Source of the DNA: Sphyrna mokarran
Lineage: Eukaryota
Length of the DNA stretch: 64,000 bases
Assembly: GCA_024679065.1 (NCBI GenBank)
Contig: JAGIQG010000009.1
Coordinates: forward strand, 91,016,001-91,080,000
Direction: 5' to 3'
Shown piece after piece: positions 12,950 to 25,643 of this stretch. Below the pieces are notes generated by a model. That model made no database searches. It was given only the letters and a program-made list of their open reading frames with translations, and was not told the origin of the DNA. A program made the translations under genes and the position numbers. How positions within the stretch are numbered: position 1 is the first letter of the stretch; every line of letters starts with the position of its first letter.

Positions 12950-13945
12950 TGTGGAGCAAAATAGAGAGCCTGGATTAGGTTGGAGCTCCAAGGAGATGAA
13001 ATGACAAAGATATCACAGATGCAAGACAAAGTAGTCGTAATGACAGTGTTAAAGATTGAATCAGAGTTTAATAACTGCATAAAGGGCAGATAGCGGAACA
13101 TGACAACAGCATAACAATGGTCAGCACTTTCTGAAAGCACAACATGAAAACAAGTTACAGACTACGCTGAAGCACAGTAAGGGGTGAAAAAAAACTCAAA
13201 ATAGAGAACAGAGTTCAAAGTTATTGCACTTAATATAAAGTCTCAAAGGTCGTAAAATGCTGAACTGAAAGTATTGTTCCTCCAATTTGTTAGTTTCCCG
13301 AGAACTTTGTAGTAGATCAGGATGGAAATGTGGCCATGAGAACAATATGGTGACTTGAAATGGCAAGCAACGGGAAGTTGGGTCATGCATGCATGCAGAC
13401 TGAGTGAACATATTCCACAAATAGGTTATCCAATTTTCTTTTACTCTCTCCATGGTACAGGAGACCACAGACTAACTTAAAAGAAGTGCAAGCGCATCAT
13501 CTAGAAGGAATCTTTGTGGCCTTGGATGATAGGGGATGGTGGGAAGCGGTTAAAGGGACAGGTGTATATACTGTCTGCAATTGTATGGGAACATGCTGAA
13601 GGAAGAGGTATTGGGGTGATTGAAGAATATACCTGGGTGTCACAGAGGGAATAGGTCCCATGGAATGCTGGTAGGGGAAGTGAAGGTATAATATGTTTGG
13701 AAGTGAATCCATGTTGGAAATGGCAAAGAATGATCTACTGAACACAGAAGCTGGTGGAGTAGAAAGGAACACTAAAGGAAACGTTAAAGGGAGGGGAAGA
13801 GGTGACAGCACATGTGTGGCATCATTGTAACATATATGGCAGAGACAAAAAACTGGGCGAATGGGATGGAGTCCTTACAGGAAGCAAGGTGCGGGGACTG
13901 TAGTTGAAGTAGCTGTCTGAGTCAGTGGCTTGTATCGAATAATGG
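12950..13945 (-). mobile_element. Old Penelope-like element relic (GIY-YIG C-terminal region)
   Basis: Minus-strand LLQSSRETNKLEEQY..LRPLRLYIKCNNF resembles the Penelope C-terminus KLEEQHLIFRLGTLQPxGLN. Confidence 0.7.
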
Positions 13946-14695
13946 CAAACAAACTACACGATTTGTGACAAAGGACAAATATTCCAATTTCCTTCTAAGT
14001 GAGGAATGGCTTCTCTTTTAACAGAAGTGTAAATATGTTCAGATCTTGTGAAAACAGCTTGACATCCTCAACTATTTCAATTCCTATATGCTTTGCAATT
14101 ACTGCCAATTCCTCCCGACATCTGACTCAGATTAGTTTTCTCTAACAATGGGTTCTTTTCATTTTACAATGTGGATCACAGTGTCTCAGTAAGCTCTGTG
14201 TTGTCTGTTATTTCTCACAGTTTGTTAAGCATTCTGCCATATTGTTACCTACATCACATTTTATTGTATTTACATCAGAAACATTGCAGAATTTGAAGCG
14301 TCTATTTGGACTGAACTCTATTCCTGTTCATTTGTGGTTGTGTTTTCTTCCACTGGATTGTGTGCTCTGGGTTGTGACCCTGTCTGAAAAGGCTGCAGTT
14401 TAAACTGAGGATGGGAGTCACTCAGCTCCACATTCACATTATGAAACATAGTTTTTGGGGGAAAATGAGCGAGGTTGGTCTCCAGAAATAGTTGTGCTGA
14501 ATCTAATGGAAATATTAAACATAGTCAATTGCACGATGTTTGGAAAAAGTGGACATTAATACGCCAACAATTTAAAATTTCTATAAAACTTGGAAACTCA
14601 CCGATTAAATGTCCTTTTTCAGAATTCCTATGAAATGGTTGCTGTGGATTTCCTGTTTTATCTGTTATTATGGACAAGACCAAGGAGTATTAATT

Positions 14696-17600
14696 GCAAC
14701 GGGGAACGGAGAGAGCGTAGGAGGAATATAGAGAGTAGAAGGGAGCTCAAACGGGGAGTTAGAAGGGGAAAAAGGGGACATGAAATGGTTTTGGCAGATA
14801 GGATTAAGGAAAATCCAAAGACTTTTTACTCCTATGTTAGGAATAAAAGGGTGGTTAGAGGAAAATTCGGATCTCTTAGGGACAGAGGAGGGAACTGTGC
14901 TTAGAGCCTGAGGGAATGGGGGAGATCCTGAATGAATACTTTGCGTCAGTATTCACGAAGGAGAGGGGCTTGTTGACCGGTCCTGTCTCTGAGAGAACTG
15001 TAGAACAGTTGAGGGAAATATCCATACCAAGGGAGGAAGTGTTAGAGTTTCTAAGTAGTACTAAGACTGATAAATCTCCTGCGCCTGATGGCATTTATCC
15101 CAGGCTGCTTAGGGAGGCGTGAGGTGAAATTGCTGGGCCTCTGATGCAAATTTTTGTTTCTTCTTTGGACACAGGTGAGGTCCCAGAAGACTGGAGAATA
15201 GCTAATGTTGTACCATTGTTTAAAAAGAGCAGTAGGATAACCCTGGAAAGGCCGATAAGTTTGACGTCAGTGGTAGGGAAGCTGTTGGAGAGGATTCTTA
15301 GAGATAGGATGTATAGACACTTAGACTGTTGCGATCTGATTAGGGATAATGCAGCATGGCTTTGTTAAGGGGAGATCATGCCTTACAAATCTGGTAGAAT
15401 TTTTTGAGGAGGTGACGAAAGCAGTCGATGGAGGGCGAGCCGTTGATGTCGTCTATATGGATTTCAGTAAGACGTTTGACAAAGTCCCTCATGGGAGGTT
15501 AGTTGAAAAGCTGAAGGCTAATGGGATACAAGGACAGGTAGCTAGATAGATAAGTAACTGGCTTGGTAATAGGAGACAGAGAGTAATAGTGGAAGGGTGT
15601 TTTTCCAGCTGGAGGTCGGTCACTAGTGGTGTGCCGCAGGGCTCAGTACTGCGATTTCTTCTATTTGTAATATATATAAATGACTTGGAAGAAGGAGTAA
15701 GTGGTGTGATCAGCAAGTTTGCAGACGATACAAAGGTGGCTGAATTTGTGGATAGTGAGGAGCATTGTCAGGCGATACAGCAGAACATAGATAGGCTAGT
15801 AGCTTGGGCAGATAGATGGCAGATGGAATTCAATCCTGATAAATGCGAGGTGATGCATTTCGGGAGAAAGAATGTAGGGGGGAGGTATATAATAAAGGGT
15901 AGACCTATTAAGAGTACAGAAATGCAGAGGGACCTGGGGATACAAATGTACAAGTCTCTGACGATGGCAGAGCAGGTGGAGAAGGTTGTGAAGAAAGCAT
16001 ATGGTATGCTAGCCTTTATAGGAGGGGACATAGAGTACAAGAGCTGGCCTTTAATGTTAGAACATAGAACATAAAACACTACAGCACAAACAGGCCCTTC
16101 GGCCCACAAGTTGTGCCGAACACATCAAAAACCTACCTAGCCATAGACCTATCTATAACCCCCAATTCCATTGGATCCCATATACTCATCCAGAAGTCTT
16201 TTAAAAGACCCCAGCGAGTTCACCTCAACCACCACCGACGGCAGCCGATTCCATTCACTCACCACCCTCTGAGTGAAAAACTTTCCCCTAGCATCCCCTC
16301 TGTACTTGCTTCCCTGCACCTAAAATCTGTGCCCTCTCGTCGCGACCATTTCAGCCCTGGGAAATAGTCTCTGAGAGTCCACCCTATCTAATCCTCTCAA
16401 CATCTGTAAACCTCTATCAGGTCGCCTCTCAACCTTCATCTCTCCAGGGAGAACAGTCCCAGCTCCCTCAACCTGTCTTCATAAGGCATGCCTCCCAATC
16501 CAGGGAACATCCTTGTAAATCTCCTCTGCACCCTTTCAATAGCTTCCACGTCCTTCCTATAGTGAGGCGACCAGAACTGCGCACAGTACTCCAAGTGTGG
16601 TATGACAAGGGTCCTATAAAGCTGCAGCATTACCTCCTGACTCCTGAACTCAATCCCTCGATGAATGAAGGCCAGTACACCGTAAGCTTTCTTAACCACA
16701 TCCTCCACCTGGGAGGCCGATTTGAGAGTCTTATGGACCCGGACCCCACGATCCCTCTGCTCTTCCACACAGCTAAGACTCCTACCTTTGATAGTGTACT
16801 CATTCATCCCGTTGGATCTGCCAAAATGGACCACAACACATTTATCCGCGTTGAAGTCCATCTGCCACTTCTCCGCACAGTTTTGCATCCTGTCGATGTC
16901 ATGTTGCAACTTCTGACATCCCTCCAGACCATCCACAACACCACCGACCTTCGTGTCATCGGCGAACTTACTCACCCATCCCTCCACTTCCTCATCAGGT
17001 CATTTATGAAAATGACAAACAGCAAGGGTCCTAGAACAGATCCCTGGGCACTCCACTGGTGACCGACCTCCATGCAGAAAAAGAGCCATCCACAACCACC
17101 CTCTGCCTTCTGCAGGCAAGCCAGTTCTGGATCCACAAGGCCAAAGCCCCTTGGATCCCATGGCCTCTCACCTTCTCAAGAAGTCTTGCATGGGGGACCT
17201 TGTCAAATGCCTTGCTGAAGTCCATGTACACCACGTCCACTGCTCTTCCTTCGTCAATGTGTTCAGTCACATTTTCGAAGAACTCAATTAAGCTCGTAAG
17301 GCACGACCTGCCTTTTACAAAACCATGCAGACTATTTCTAATCAACCTAAACTTCTCCAAATGCTCGTAAATCTTGTCCCTCAGAAGCCTCGCCATCAGC
17401 TTACCAACCACTGAGGTCAGACTCACCGGTCGGTAATTTCCAGGACTATCCCTGTTCCCTTTCTTGAAAATAGGGACCACATCCGCAATCCTCCAATCCT
17501 CCGGAACCTCTCCCATCTCCATCGATGACGCAAAGATCATCGCCAGTGGCTCTGCAATGACATCCCTCACCTCCCACAATAACCTGGGGTACATCCCATC

Positions 17601-18955
17601 TGGTCCCGGAGACTTGTCTATCTTGATAGCACTTAGAAGTTCTAACACATCTGCTTCCTTAATATCTACATACTCAATCTTTTCAGTCTGCTGCAAACTT
17701 GTAGTGCATCTTCCCAGATCACTTTCCACCGTGAATACTGAGGCAAAGTACTCATTAAGCACCTCTGCCATTTCTTCCGGTTCCATACAGACTTTTTCCC
17801 CCTTCACCTTTTATAGGTCCTATCCCTTCTCTTCTCATCCTTTTACTTTTCACATATTTGTAGAAGGCCTTGGGATTCTCCTTAATCCTACCAGCCAAGG
17901 TCTTCTCATGACCCCTTCTGGCTCTCCTAATTTCCTTTTTAAGCTCAAATTAATGTTGCAGTTGTATAGAGCGTTGGTTAGACCTCATTTGGAGTACTGT
18001 GTCCAATTCTGGTCGCCTTATTACTGGAAGGATGTGGAGACCCTGGAGAGAGTGCAGAGGAGGTTTACCAAGATGCTGCCTGGTATGGAAGGCCTGAGTT
18101 ACAAGGTTAGGCAAATTGGGGCTGTTTTCCTTAGAAAGACCTAGACTTAGAGGAGATCTAATAGAGGTGTACAAGATTATGAGGGGTATAGATAGAGTAA
18201 ACAGTGTTAAGCTTTTTCCTAGGATGGACTCAAATATCACGAGGGGTCACAGGCTTAGGGTAAGAGGGGTAAAGTATGATTTGGATGCTAGAGGGAATTT
18301 TTTCACACAAAGTGTGGTGGGGGTATGGAATGCGCTGCCAAGTAAGGTGATGGATGCAGGTACTCTGGAGTTATTTAAGAGATACCTCGATGAGCACATG
18401 AACAGAATGGGAATTGAGGGACATAGAAAACTGATTTAAAATAGGGATCATGAGCCCTGGGAAGTGTGTAAATTGTCAATGATTGATGTATTTCTGTTTT
18501 ATCCTACAGGTACTTCGATCCACCTTGTTGTCTGACAAGGGGCATACATGCAATGGGTCGTGAGAGGGCTGCTCTTGGATTTTTCGAGAGTAGCCTATTG
18601 CTTCACATTGTTAGTGTACGCTTGAAATGAACCAGTTGATGGGCAACACGACAGCTCAGTGACTATCGCTGTGCTGTGCAGATACATGGATTTGGGCCTG
18701 TGTCTGTGGGAGTTTGCACGTTCTCCCCGTGCTTGCACGGGTTTTCTCTGGGGGCTCCGATTTCCTCCCACAGCCCAAAGATATGCTCTTAGGCTGACTG
18801 GCAAAACAATTTCTCCATAAATTGTCTCCCAAATTTGGTTCCAATGCATAGATCTATAAACATAGACAGGGATCATGGGTATAAGTGGGAACATTGAGGT
18901 GGCAGTGCGGCTCGTTGGGCCGAAGAGCCTGTTTCCTGTGCTGTTTTGTTTTTTG
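14696..18955 (+). mobile_element. CR1 LINE subfamily A (long SINE-containing 3' UTR), split by an antisense CR1; pieces 14696-16058 and 17950-18955
   Basis: Continuous ORF2 homology across the insert; TSD TTAATGTT at 16051-16058 and 17950-17957; 3' UTR 18440-18955. Confidence 0.95.
16059..17949 (-). mobile_element. Young 5'-truncated CR1 LINE nested antisense in a CR1-A copy
   Basis: ORFs 17031-17807 and 16436-16987 carry RT motifs (YRPVSLTS, DFSKAFD, FADDTK); 8-bp TSD. Confidence 0.96.
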
Positions 18956-19027
18956 CAAACACATTTTAACTATAAATTATTCACTGAGATGTGATAATTC
19001 TGGAGAACTTCGACTGAACTATATTTT

Positions 19028-19047
19028 TTACCCGGTTGAGATACACC
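19028..19047 (-). pseudogene. Candidate short cytoplasmic/terminal exon of the class I pseudogene (G-C-I-S-T-G-stop)
   Basis: Strong acceptor TCTTTTTTTCCAG (AG at 19048-19049), phase-compatible with the TM exon; no homology support. Confidence 0.3.
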
Positions 19048-19473
19048 CTGGAAAAAAAGACCATGGTAAACTGTAAACATAACAGTTTAAGAAATAGGAA
19101 TAGGGAATTGACAATGTGGTCTGTTGAGCTTGCCCCATAATTAATATGATCATGGTTGATCTTGGGCTTCAACTCCACTTTTCCGCTGCTCTCCCTTGGA
19201 TTTCCTAAGGGCTACAATTCTATCTATTCCACCCTTTAATGTATTCAGTGGTGGAACATCTATAACTTTCTGGGGAAAATGATTCCAAAGATTCTCTCCT
19301 CATCTCAGTCCTAAATGAACATCCCCTTATTCTGAGAATATGTCCTTCTGATCCTATCTATATTCTAGATTTTCCAGCCAGGGGAAACAATCTCTCAATG
19401 TCTACCTGTCAAGCTCCTGCATGTTTCAATGGGATTGCCCATCATTCTTCAAAACTCCACAGGACATAGACCC

Positions 19474-20400
19474 AGTCAGAATTCTCCCAAAAAAATTCTA
19501 AGTGTTGAATTTGCGTGAAAACTGGAGTAAGTCATATTAATTTTTTCAGTAGGAGTGCAGACTAGAATCTCCACACTCTGTGCAATGTGGAGGCCACCGG
19601 TGTGAATATCATTATAAATCAGTGGATGAGGCCTATTCTCACCAGGAGGCTGAAATGAGTGGGCCTCTGCGCACTGTCAGCCTTCTGACTGATATCCAGC
19701 TTGGTTGTTGATCAGCCCCACGAACTCCACAATGTTGCACCTCTGACCCTCATTGCCTCCCGGCCTCTTCCAGGTCAGCCCTGACTCTCCTTCCAAGACC
19801 ACCCTGATCTCCAGCATCCCATCCACTGTCAGTTACAACCCCCAGCAATGCCGATCCCCTTCCAGGCAGATGCCCCTCCCCGGCTGACCCCACTCCTCCC
19901 CCAGCCCACTCCGATCGCTGGCCTCGGTCCTTAGTTGACCGGTCCCATGACTGATCCCAATGGCAGAGTAGCAGTGGGATCCACCCACCCTCACCAACTG
20001 TCCCTTAGGCCCTGCCCCATCAGCCAATAGGATGGGCAGTGGCAAGGTGCCCCCAGGCACTGCCAGGATGACCTTGCCCTGGGACACCAAACCATTGCCC
20101 GACACGGGGGGATTGTTCCCCCTTCACTCCAGAGGGGTCAGGCTACTAGCTCCCCGAAAGTGGGAATATACTTTAATCCCCACTGGACTGAAACACTTTA
20201 GCTGGCTGGTAGAGGCTAGCGGGCCTGGACAATTTGAGTTCTGGGCCTCTAATACCACTTAAATTATATTTAAAATATTATTTAAATGCTGTGCCTACCT
20301 CCCCAATTTTCAGTACGGACCAGATGGTGGTAAAAGTTGCTGTGCTGCGCTAAAAAATTAGTGTAGCAGAATGGGAGCATCACAGGCCTAGTCTCTCATT
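19474..20400. mobile_element. GC-rich non-autonomous DNA-transposon-like relic
   Basis: Begins with CAGAATTCTCCC, whose inverted copy ends a similar GC-rich block at 32846-32860; no ORF. Confidence 0.35.
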
Positions 20401-21225
20401 GTAGTACGGCCAAATCATTCCTGGGTCAAGGTAGTGAAGCTTCACTTTACCACTCCTGTGCAAGTAACATTCCAAGGAATAAGGCAGGAATAGGTCTTTG
20501 AGCCTCTTGAGCCTGCTCTACTATTCAATAAAATCATTAATCTGTTGTGGCCTTAATTTCAATTTTCTGCCTGGCTCCCACCATTAACCCTTAATTCTCT
20601 TGTAGATGAATCAGTTTCACTCAGCCTTGAATATATTCAACATCCTAACTTCACTACCATGAACAGAACAGAATTTAAAGTTTTGAGAGAGTTTGATAGG
20701 GTAGGTACTAAGAAGATGTTTCCTATTGTGGGAAAATCTAGAAATAGGGAGCATAGTTTAAAAATAAGGCCCTCCCATTTAAGGTGGAGATGAGAAAGAA
20801 TGCCTTCTCTCAAAGGGTCATTAATTTTTTGGGGTAGTTTTTATTTAGATTGGCAAGTTATAGAAAGTGAAGTGCTACAGTGATCAGTGCTGGATCCTCA
20901 ACTACTTGCAACTTATACCCTGAAATATATCACCTAGTCTTGTCCTGCTTATAACCTGGTCTCAATGATGGTCATCTTTTCCTTTAAATCATTTTTTTCA
21001 TTTCTAATTCAATAAAAAAAATTAGCAATTAATGATAAGTGTGGATGAATAAAGAGATTAGGAAAGACTAAAACCAAAAAAAGATGTATGTTCAGTATGT
21101 GGCTAATAAAGGAACATAACATACTGAAAGATTTGGATAAGGTATAGTAGGAGGAGGTATGTGTGCAGTAAAAATACTGACATAAAGATGTTGGCCCAGT
21201 TCTTTCCAGTAAATTCTATTTTATA

Positions 21226-21470
21226 TAATTCCCCTCTCTCCCGTTCTCAGTATCCTGTACTCCCAGAACTGGAGATTCTCTATACACCCTCAGTTCTACA
21301 TTCTACTCTCTCTCTCGGTATCCTGTATTCCCAATACTAGAGATTCCCCACACTCACTCTGTCTCCTCAGTTCTACATTCTCCTTTCTCTGTCTTTCAGT
21401 ATCCTGTATTACCAGTAGTAGAGATTCCCCACACTCACTCTGTCCCCTCAGTTCTACGTTCCCGCTCTAG
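21226..21470. repeat. Degenerate tandem repeat, about 3 units of 65-85 bp
   Basis: Recurring CAGTATCCTGTA, GAGATTCCCCACACTCACTCTGTC and CCTCAGTTCTACATTC, adjacent to the TM-exon donor. Confidence 0.8.
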
Positions 21471-21479
21471 AATTCTTAC

Positions 21480-21599
21480 CTCGTTGATGTCTTTTCCAGA
21501 TAATTATTCTGATTATCCCAACTATAACAGCCAGTGCAGTGATCACTAATACTGTTATAAATCTAGGATTCAAGTGTCCCGAACTGTGTCCTGGGATTT
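21480..21599 (-). pseudogene. MHC class I connecting peptide/transmembrane exon
   Basis: TTTGTTTCAG acceptor and GTAAGA donor; IPGHSSGHLNPRFITVLVITALAVIVGIIRIIIWKRHQR. Confidence 0.88.
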
Positions 21600-21889
21600 C
21601 TGAAACAAATTGGAATAATGTCAGGATTTATTCTGTGTTGCCAGGTCCGTCCTCAGTTCCAATTTAATCTATTTGTGACTTTGTTGTTGTTCCCAGGTGT
21701 CACTGAAATTGATGTTTCTCGCATGCTAGCTGATAGCAAATGCCTATTTTCCATTGAAATAATGGCAAACTTTACACATAAGCAGCAAGTTAACTCCACC
21801 CTTGGATCAGCAGCCTGGTAACATAGGATTAATGCAGGGGCCAAGAGACATCATGGACAAGTAATAATAAGCACATCTGAGGCACAATT

Positions 21890-22400
21890 GAGACTTGAGC
21901 ATAAAATCTAGGCTGTCACTCCATTACTGTACTGAGGGAGCACTGCACTGTCAAGGCGTCAGCAGTAAGGGAGCACTATACTCTCAGGGGGTCAATATTG
22001 AGGGAGTGCTGTACTGCCAGTCAATTATAACTGAGAGAGCATGACACTGTCAGGGAGTCATTGCTGAGGAGTGCTGCATTGTCAAAGGGTCAGTATTGAG
22101 GGAGCACTGAAGTTTCAAAAAGTTAGTGCTGAGGGATTGCTCCAGTTTCAAAAGGGCAGTGCCAAAGCTGTAACCCTTGTTGAAATGGACACATAGTTAT
22201 ATTACTAGACTGTTGGACAGGCAGTACTGAGAAGGCAATGGAGGGCAAGCACTGACAGAAATACTTAGTGAACAATGTTGAGAGATGACTGCACTGTCAG
22301 AAGTACCATTTTTTAATTAGATTTTAAATTAGACCTCTCAGTCCTCTCAAAGTGGACTTAAGACATTATTTTGAATATGAAGCTCTTCCCAGTCCCAAAA
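21890..22400 (+). mobile_element. DeuSINE (SacSINE1/AmnSINE-like) relic with internal ~33-bp tandem amplification
   Basis: AATCTAGGCTGTCACTCC then repeated (CAGTACTGAGGGAGTGCTGCACTGTCAGAGGGT)-like units, then the SINE core resumes at about 22290. Confidence 0.65.
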
Positions 22401-24269
22401 CAAAATACTGAAGATGATGGAAATCTGAAATAGAAAATGCTGGAAATGCTCAGCAACTCTCGCAGCATTTCTGGAAAGAAACAGTCAATGTTTCAGGTTG
22501 TGACCCGCAGAAAGAAAAGGGATGACAAGACATTTGCTTTCCAGATGGTCTCATTCCAAATGCTTGATTAAGCTCCAAGAATTACTAATGCGTTTAACTC
22601 AGCAGGGGTCTGCTGACTCAGCTTACACTACAAGTTTTGTTTGACTGACATCTTTTAGTAAATATTTTTATGATGCAGTCTTTAAATGCCTTTATAATCA
22701 TAGAATTCCTGCAATGCAGAAGAAACCATTTAATCCATCAAGTCTGCACTGATTCCCCGAAAGAGCATCCTATCCAGGCCACATCTCCCCACCCAATGCA
22801 GAAGTTAATGTCACCCATCACAACTACCCTGCCCAGTGTAGACAATGGGGTAAGAAGTTAGACTGAGAAGAACATAGCACAGCGTAAGAGCAAGTAGAGG
22901 GAAGCCACAGGGCTCAGCAGGACTGTTAGTCTGGAGTGCGTTTGCTACAATGCAAGAAGAATTCAATGCAGATAAAACAGATGAATCAAGTCTGGATTAT
23001 TGCATGAAATTATAATGAAAATTTACTAAAAGTGAATAAAGATGTTAGTCAAACAAAACTTGTACTGTAAGCTGAGTCAACAGACCCCTGCTAAGCTAAG
23101 TGCATTAGCAATTCTTGGAGCTTAATCAAACATTTGGAATGAGACCATTTGGAAAACAGATGTCTTGGAATTATGATGTAATTGTAATTACGGAAGCATG
23201 GTTAAAGGAGGAGCAGAACGGGCAGCTTAACATTGTGGGATGGCAGAAGGATGTGGGGGAGTTGCATTACTGATTAGGGAGCACATCACAGCTGTGTTGA
23301 GGAAGGAGACATTGGAGGGATCTTGCAGTGAGGGATTATGAGTGAAGCTTAGGAATAAGAAGGGTGAAATCACAATGATGAGAGAGTAACATAGAACTGC
23401 CAACAGCCTGCAGGAGACAGAGGAGCAGTTTGTCATCAGATAATGAAAAGGTGCGAAAAGAAACAGAATGGTTGTGATGGGTGACTTTAACTTCCCTCAT
23501 ATTGATTGGGAATCTCTTGCAGCAGAGTCTTGGATGGAAAGCAGTTTGTTAGATGTATCCAGAGGGGTTTTTAATACAGCATGTTGACAATCCAACCAGG
23601 GAGAGAGCCATACTAGCCTTGGTATTGGGAAATGAGCTAGGCCAGGTGATCGATATTTCAGTGGGAGAGTGTTTTGGGCATAGCAACCATAATTCCATCA
23701 GATTTTGGATAATTATGAATAAGAACAAAAGTGGTCCTTGGGTGAGGGTGCTTAATTGGATGAGGGCCAATTACATTCAAATTAGGCAGGAATTAAGGAA
23801 TGTGGATTGGGAATGGCTATTTGAGGGCAAATCCACGTCTGACATGTGGGAGGCTTTTAAAGACCAGTTGGCTAAAGTGCAGGACAGATATGTCTCCACA
23901 AAAATGAAGAATAGAAACAGCAGGTTTGGGAACCATGGATGACAAGGGAAATTATAAGCTTAGTCAAAAGGAAGCATACCTTAGGTCTAGGCATCTAAAA
24001 ACTGACAAAGCCCTTGAGGAGTACAGTGAAAGTAGGAAGGAACTTAAATGTGGATTTAGGAGGGCTAAAAGGAGCCATGAAATATCTTTAGCAAACAGGG
24101 TAAAGGAGAATCCCAAGATTATTTTTATGCATATATTAGAAGCAAGAGGGTAGCAAGAGAAAGAGTAGTTTCACTCAAGGACAATGGAGGGAAGTTATGT
24201 GTGGAACAAGGGAACAACTTTGACTATTCTCACTCCTCTGGCTCACCTGAGCACTGCTTTTCTTTGTTT

Positions 24270-24463
24270 TTTGTTCTATCACTGTAACTCCACACATTTG
24301 TCATGGCCAATCAACCTAACCTGCATATCTTCGGATTGCGCAAGGAAATGAAGTACCCAGAGGAAGCCAACTCAGACATTGAGAAAATGTGTAACACAAG
24401 GCCAGAATTGTTCCGGGTTGTAGAGTTGTGAGGCAGCAATGTTAACCACTGTACCACCATGCC
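24270..24463 (-). mobile_element. HE1-type SINE fragment (part of a duplicated block)
   Basis: HE1 head and core on the minus strand; shares non-SINE flank with the 26395-26616 copy. Confidence 0.75.
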
Positions 24464-25214
24464 ATGTTAAGTTACACAAGATTAACTTTCATGGATGAAA
24501 TGCTTAATGATTACTTTTTATTGGTATTCACCAAGGAGAAAGACATGATGCATGTTGAGGTTAAGGATAGGTGCGTGAACGCTCTTGAGAACATCAATAT
24601 ATCAAAGAGGAAAGTGTTGAGTATCTTAAAATGCATTAAGGTAGTCAAGTCCCCGGGGCTGGATGGGATATATCTCAGCTTACTGCAGGCAGCAAGGGGA
24701 AAAATGTCTGGGGCCTTAACAGTTATCTTCACACCCTCTTTGACCACAGGCAAGCCAAAGGACTGGAGAATAGTCAATGTTGTTCCCTTATTTAAGAAAA
24801 GAAGCAGGAATAAAGCAGCAAATTATAAACTGGTGAGTCTGACATCAGTGGTGGAGAAGATTTTGGACAAGATACTGAGGGACAGGTTGTATGCACATTT
24901 GGAGGAAAATGGACTAGTTGGTAATAGGCAGCATGGTTTTGTACGGTAAAGGCCACGTCTCATCAACTTGATTGAGTTTTGTGAAGAGGTGACAAAGTAA
25001 ATTGATGAGGGAAGGCTGTGGATGTAGTTTATATGGACTTTGGTAAAGTGTTTGACAAGGTCCCACATGGCAGACTGATACAAAAAATAAATTATGTGGG
25101 ATTCGGGGTGGGCTAGCTAGATGGATACAGAACTGCCTTGATTATAGAAGACAAAGGGTAGCAGTGGAAGGGTGTTTTTCAGAATGGAGATCTGTAGCTA
25201 GGGGTATCCTGTAA

Positions 25215-25643
25215 TGCAATGGGACCCTGTGTGAGAACCTCTCAGGCTATATCGAGAGCATCCTGAAACCCATTGTACAAAGAACCCCCAGCTTTTGTCT
25301 TGACACTACGGACTTCCTACAGAAACTCAGCACACATGGAGCAGTAGAAACAGGGACACTCCTTGTCACAATGGATGTCTCGGTGCTCTACACCAACATC
25401 CCCCACGACGATGGCATTGCTGCAACTGCCTCAGTACTCAATGCCAACAACTGCCAGTTTCCGGATGCAATTTTACAACTCATCCGCTTCATTTTGGACC
25501 ACAATGTCTTCACCTTCAACAATCAGCTTTTCATCCAGACACACGGAACAGCCATGGGGACAAAATTTGCACCTCAGTATGCCAACATCTTCATGCACAG
25601 GTTCGAACAAGACTTCTTCACCACACGAGATCTTCAACCAAGG
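25215..25643 (+). mobile_element. Penelope RT internal fragment
   Basis: LVTMDVSVLYTNIPHDDG and GTAMGTKFAPQYANIFM are Penelope RT motifs. Confidence 0.9.

Noticed and set aside
21500-21560. Arg within the class I TM segment suggesting adaptor pairing
   Set aside because: AGA is one transition from GGA (Gly) in a heavily mutated pseudogene
21920-22300. Regularly spaced ~33-bp repeats resembling a CRISPR array
   Set aside because: Tandem units without unique spacers, no cas genes, vertebrate SINE context
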